In this document: positions 61,746 to 64,000 of the stretch, in pieces
How positions within the stretch are numbered: the stretch's first letter is position 1
Layout of the letters: the number at the start of each line of letters is the position of its first letter
Origin: Sphaerodactylus townsendi
Taxonomy: Eukaryota
Reading direction: 5' to 3'
DNA length: 64,000 nt
Assembly (NCBI RefSeq): GCF_021028975.2
Contig: NC_059426.1
Location: 42,904,001-42,968,000, forward strand
The notes under the pieces: generated by a model
The model's database searches: none
The model's input: the letters and a program-made list of their open reading frames with translations, nothing else
What the model was told of the DNA's origin: nothing
Program-made: the position numbers and the translations under genes

Positions 61746-62959
61746 GAAGGAGCCTCAGAAAGGCAATCCAAGTAAATAGGCACACATCAATGTACGTCAC
61801 TATTCCAATCAGATTCACAGCTCCATAGCCACATATCTATGAACATACACATAAGCAGACATCACAAGTGTTCCATAAAGCTGAATTTTTCAGGCCGCAT
61901 TTTCCTTCTGATGGGTCTTGACAGTTTTGTAGCTGGATTATTTGTCTGGATGATTACTATAATTTTTTTCGTAAATGTGGTATGTCTAAATTCTCATTGA
62001 AAGCTGCCTTGAACCCATCACCCCCCAAAAAAAGGCAGACTGTAAAGATCCCTAATCAAATAAAATGTCATTTGGTTTTTGAAAAGCTATTTGTCCTTTG
62101 GAGTTTGTAGTTATAGCGATAATGAGCTTTGCTTAAAATTATTTATTACATCAGAAGAATGTATAGCCAGCAATGAAAACAGTAATTTGACAAGGTTTGT
62201 GAGGAACCTATTGTTTGGCCTGATCAGATTTCTTTCCCAACATGTGCCCAGTCTTTCCCAACATGTGCCCAGTGGTATTGCCTTAGTGCCACAAACTAAA
62301 ACTTTCATTTTCTCAAGCTAATGAAATAGAAAACCTGGTTCATTTGACACTCTTCACCCTCTGGTTACTTGGCTGTATAACAGTTATTAGCCGCCTAACC
62401 TGGTTCTTTCATAGAAAAAGTGACAAGTAGCCTCACCTCAGTGGTATGGATTTCAAAAGTTTATTGTTGCTACAAATTCAAGCAATTTAAAAGGTATTTG
62501 TGAACAGTGAAGGGGGAGATGTGTTTCAATAAAAGCATTTTCAATCCCATTATTTTATAAAAGCCCAACTTTCAGTGGTACAAAGAAGAGGGCTGTGAAG
62601 TACAATCAGTTAAACTGGCAAGAGTAAAGGAAATCTAAGGATTTCTCAGCTTTAAGTGGCAGCCAGGTTCCACTGTACTTTGCTTTTACAGTAATACTGT
62701 CTGAAACAACGTGCAGCGACCATATGTCATGCAGCTGCAGCCAGTAAATGCCTGTCAAAAATGTATGGGGGATGTGCTTTTTATGCACATTTTGTACCTT
62801 GTAACATATGAAATTGGTCATTACGTGGTTAAATATTTGTATCCGCATGCACTGAAAACCTTCTGAGTTTCTAAGAAGCTATTTTGGTGGTGGTTTAAAC
62901 CACTGCAACCCAATTCAACATTGGTGGCCGTAGGAAGTGCTGTCTAGTCACCACTAATT

Positions 62960-63125
62960 TAGGGCAACCCTGTAGGGTTTTCAAGGCAGGAGATGTTCAG
63001 AAGTCGTTTGCCACTGCCTGTCTTTGTATAGCAACCCAGGTCTCCCTTGATGGTCTCCCATCCAAATATGAACCAGAGCATACACTGCTTAGCTTCTGAT
63101 AACTGGGCAAGGCTTGGCCATCCAT
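62960..63125 (-). mobile_element. 5S rRNA-derived SINE with RTE/BovB-like tail
   Basis: GGGTTTTCAAGGC..GTTTGCCACTGCC..GGTCTCCCATCCAAATA..AACCAG..TGCTTAGCTTC is the reverse complement of a 5S head plus BovB-like tail. Confidence 0.7.
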
Positions 63126-64000
63126 GAATTGGTTATTCACAGTTACTTCACTCTAAATTCTGGGATTTCAAGCTATTTAGGATGCAGTATCTCTGCACAG
63201 GATTACAATGTCAGTTAACACTGAGAAACTGCAGAGTGTTCTTTGGAGGTTTTTCAAAACTTATGAATCTATCAGGTTATAAAAATAACCTATCATGGAA
63301 CAACATATTAGATAATCCATTGGCTCTCACCCAGTTGTAAAACTGTGCCCATAACCCTGATATCCTGCCAACTCTATTTCATTCTTTTCATTTTTCCATC
63401 CTGACAACTGTATGTGATTGGCAGAAAAAAAGAGGACTGCTCTGGTTTCTTGCCTCCTACTTTTTAAAAATCCATTCCAGCAGGCAAAAATTTCTCCTCC
63501 TCTTCTGCAATTCTTGGCAGATAACAAAAGTGAAGCCTAGTTGTAACTAAGTTGATTGATTTTTAGCTTCCAGTAAAGGACATGTAAGATCAGACTCCCC
63601 TGTAAATTAAATTATAAGGCCTTGAAGATCAGACATTCAAGGATGCAACCTCTAATAAACCAACTCCCCATGACACCAAAATAGTAATTAACATTAAATA
63701 CATACACTTCAGAACATTTTATGGCTTACGTTTTCCTCAGTCAAGAGAGTACTAGTGGCGGGGGGGAGCAAATAATCTATGGCTGAGTAGAACTACCTAT
63801 GATTCACATCCTTTTAATAGAACAGCAGTGCAATTCTAAGCAGTTCTACTCAATGGATCTTACTCTCAAGAGAGTATTCTTAGGACTGTACTGTAAGACT
63901 GCAATCCAATGCACTTTACCTAGGAGGAAGCCCCACTGAATGCAGTTGGTCTTATTTCTAAATAGATACACATAGGAGTTCGTAGAATAAATCTTGTTCT

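Overview
This is eukaryotic, repeat-rich DNA, not prokaryotic. The SINE, LINE and MITE inventory points to a squamate reptile, most likely a gecko (inference). I find no intact protein-coding gene, and most ORF-track entries are chance frames or transposon debris. The window looks intronic or intergenic, with a few weak minus-strand exon and promoter candidates. Main content: (1) a ~7.2-kb Ngaro-type tyrosine-recombinase retrotransposon with split direct repeats A1...B1-A2-B2, remnants of YR and an SGNH-hydrolase ORF, and internal tandem arrays (11305-18472), plus a solo A-B relic of a sister family (46031-46758); (2) a full-length, apparently young Ty1/Copia element (29452-34651; GGGTG TSD; half-tRNAiMet PBS) nested in a Helentron-like element; (3) a ~39 x 56-bp tandem array (39126-41295); (4) a TSD-flanked Penelope-type palindrome with a minimal hammerhead ribozyme motif on each strand (44905-45146); (5) a second, older Copia 3' fragment split by a hAT MITE and abutting a CpG-rich segment; (6) many hAT, Tc1/pogo and Harbinger-like MITEs, tRNA- and 5S-derived SINEs, CR1/L2 fragments and a 135-N gap. 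The interiors of the two long elements look like unpolished long-read sequence, so their frameshifts may be artefacts. I cannot support a wholly new biological system. The best leads are the double-hammerhead palindrome, the Ngaro element with its SINE-head array, and a possibly intact Copia.
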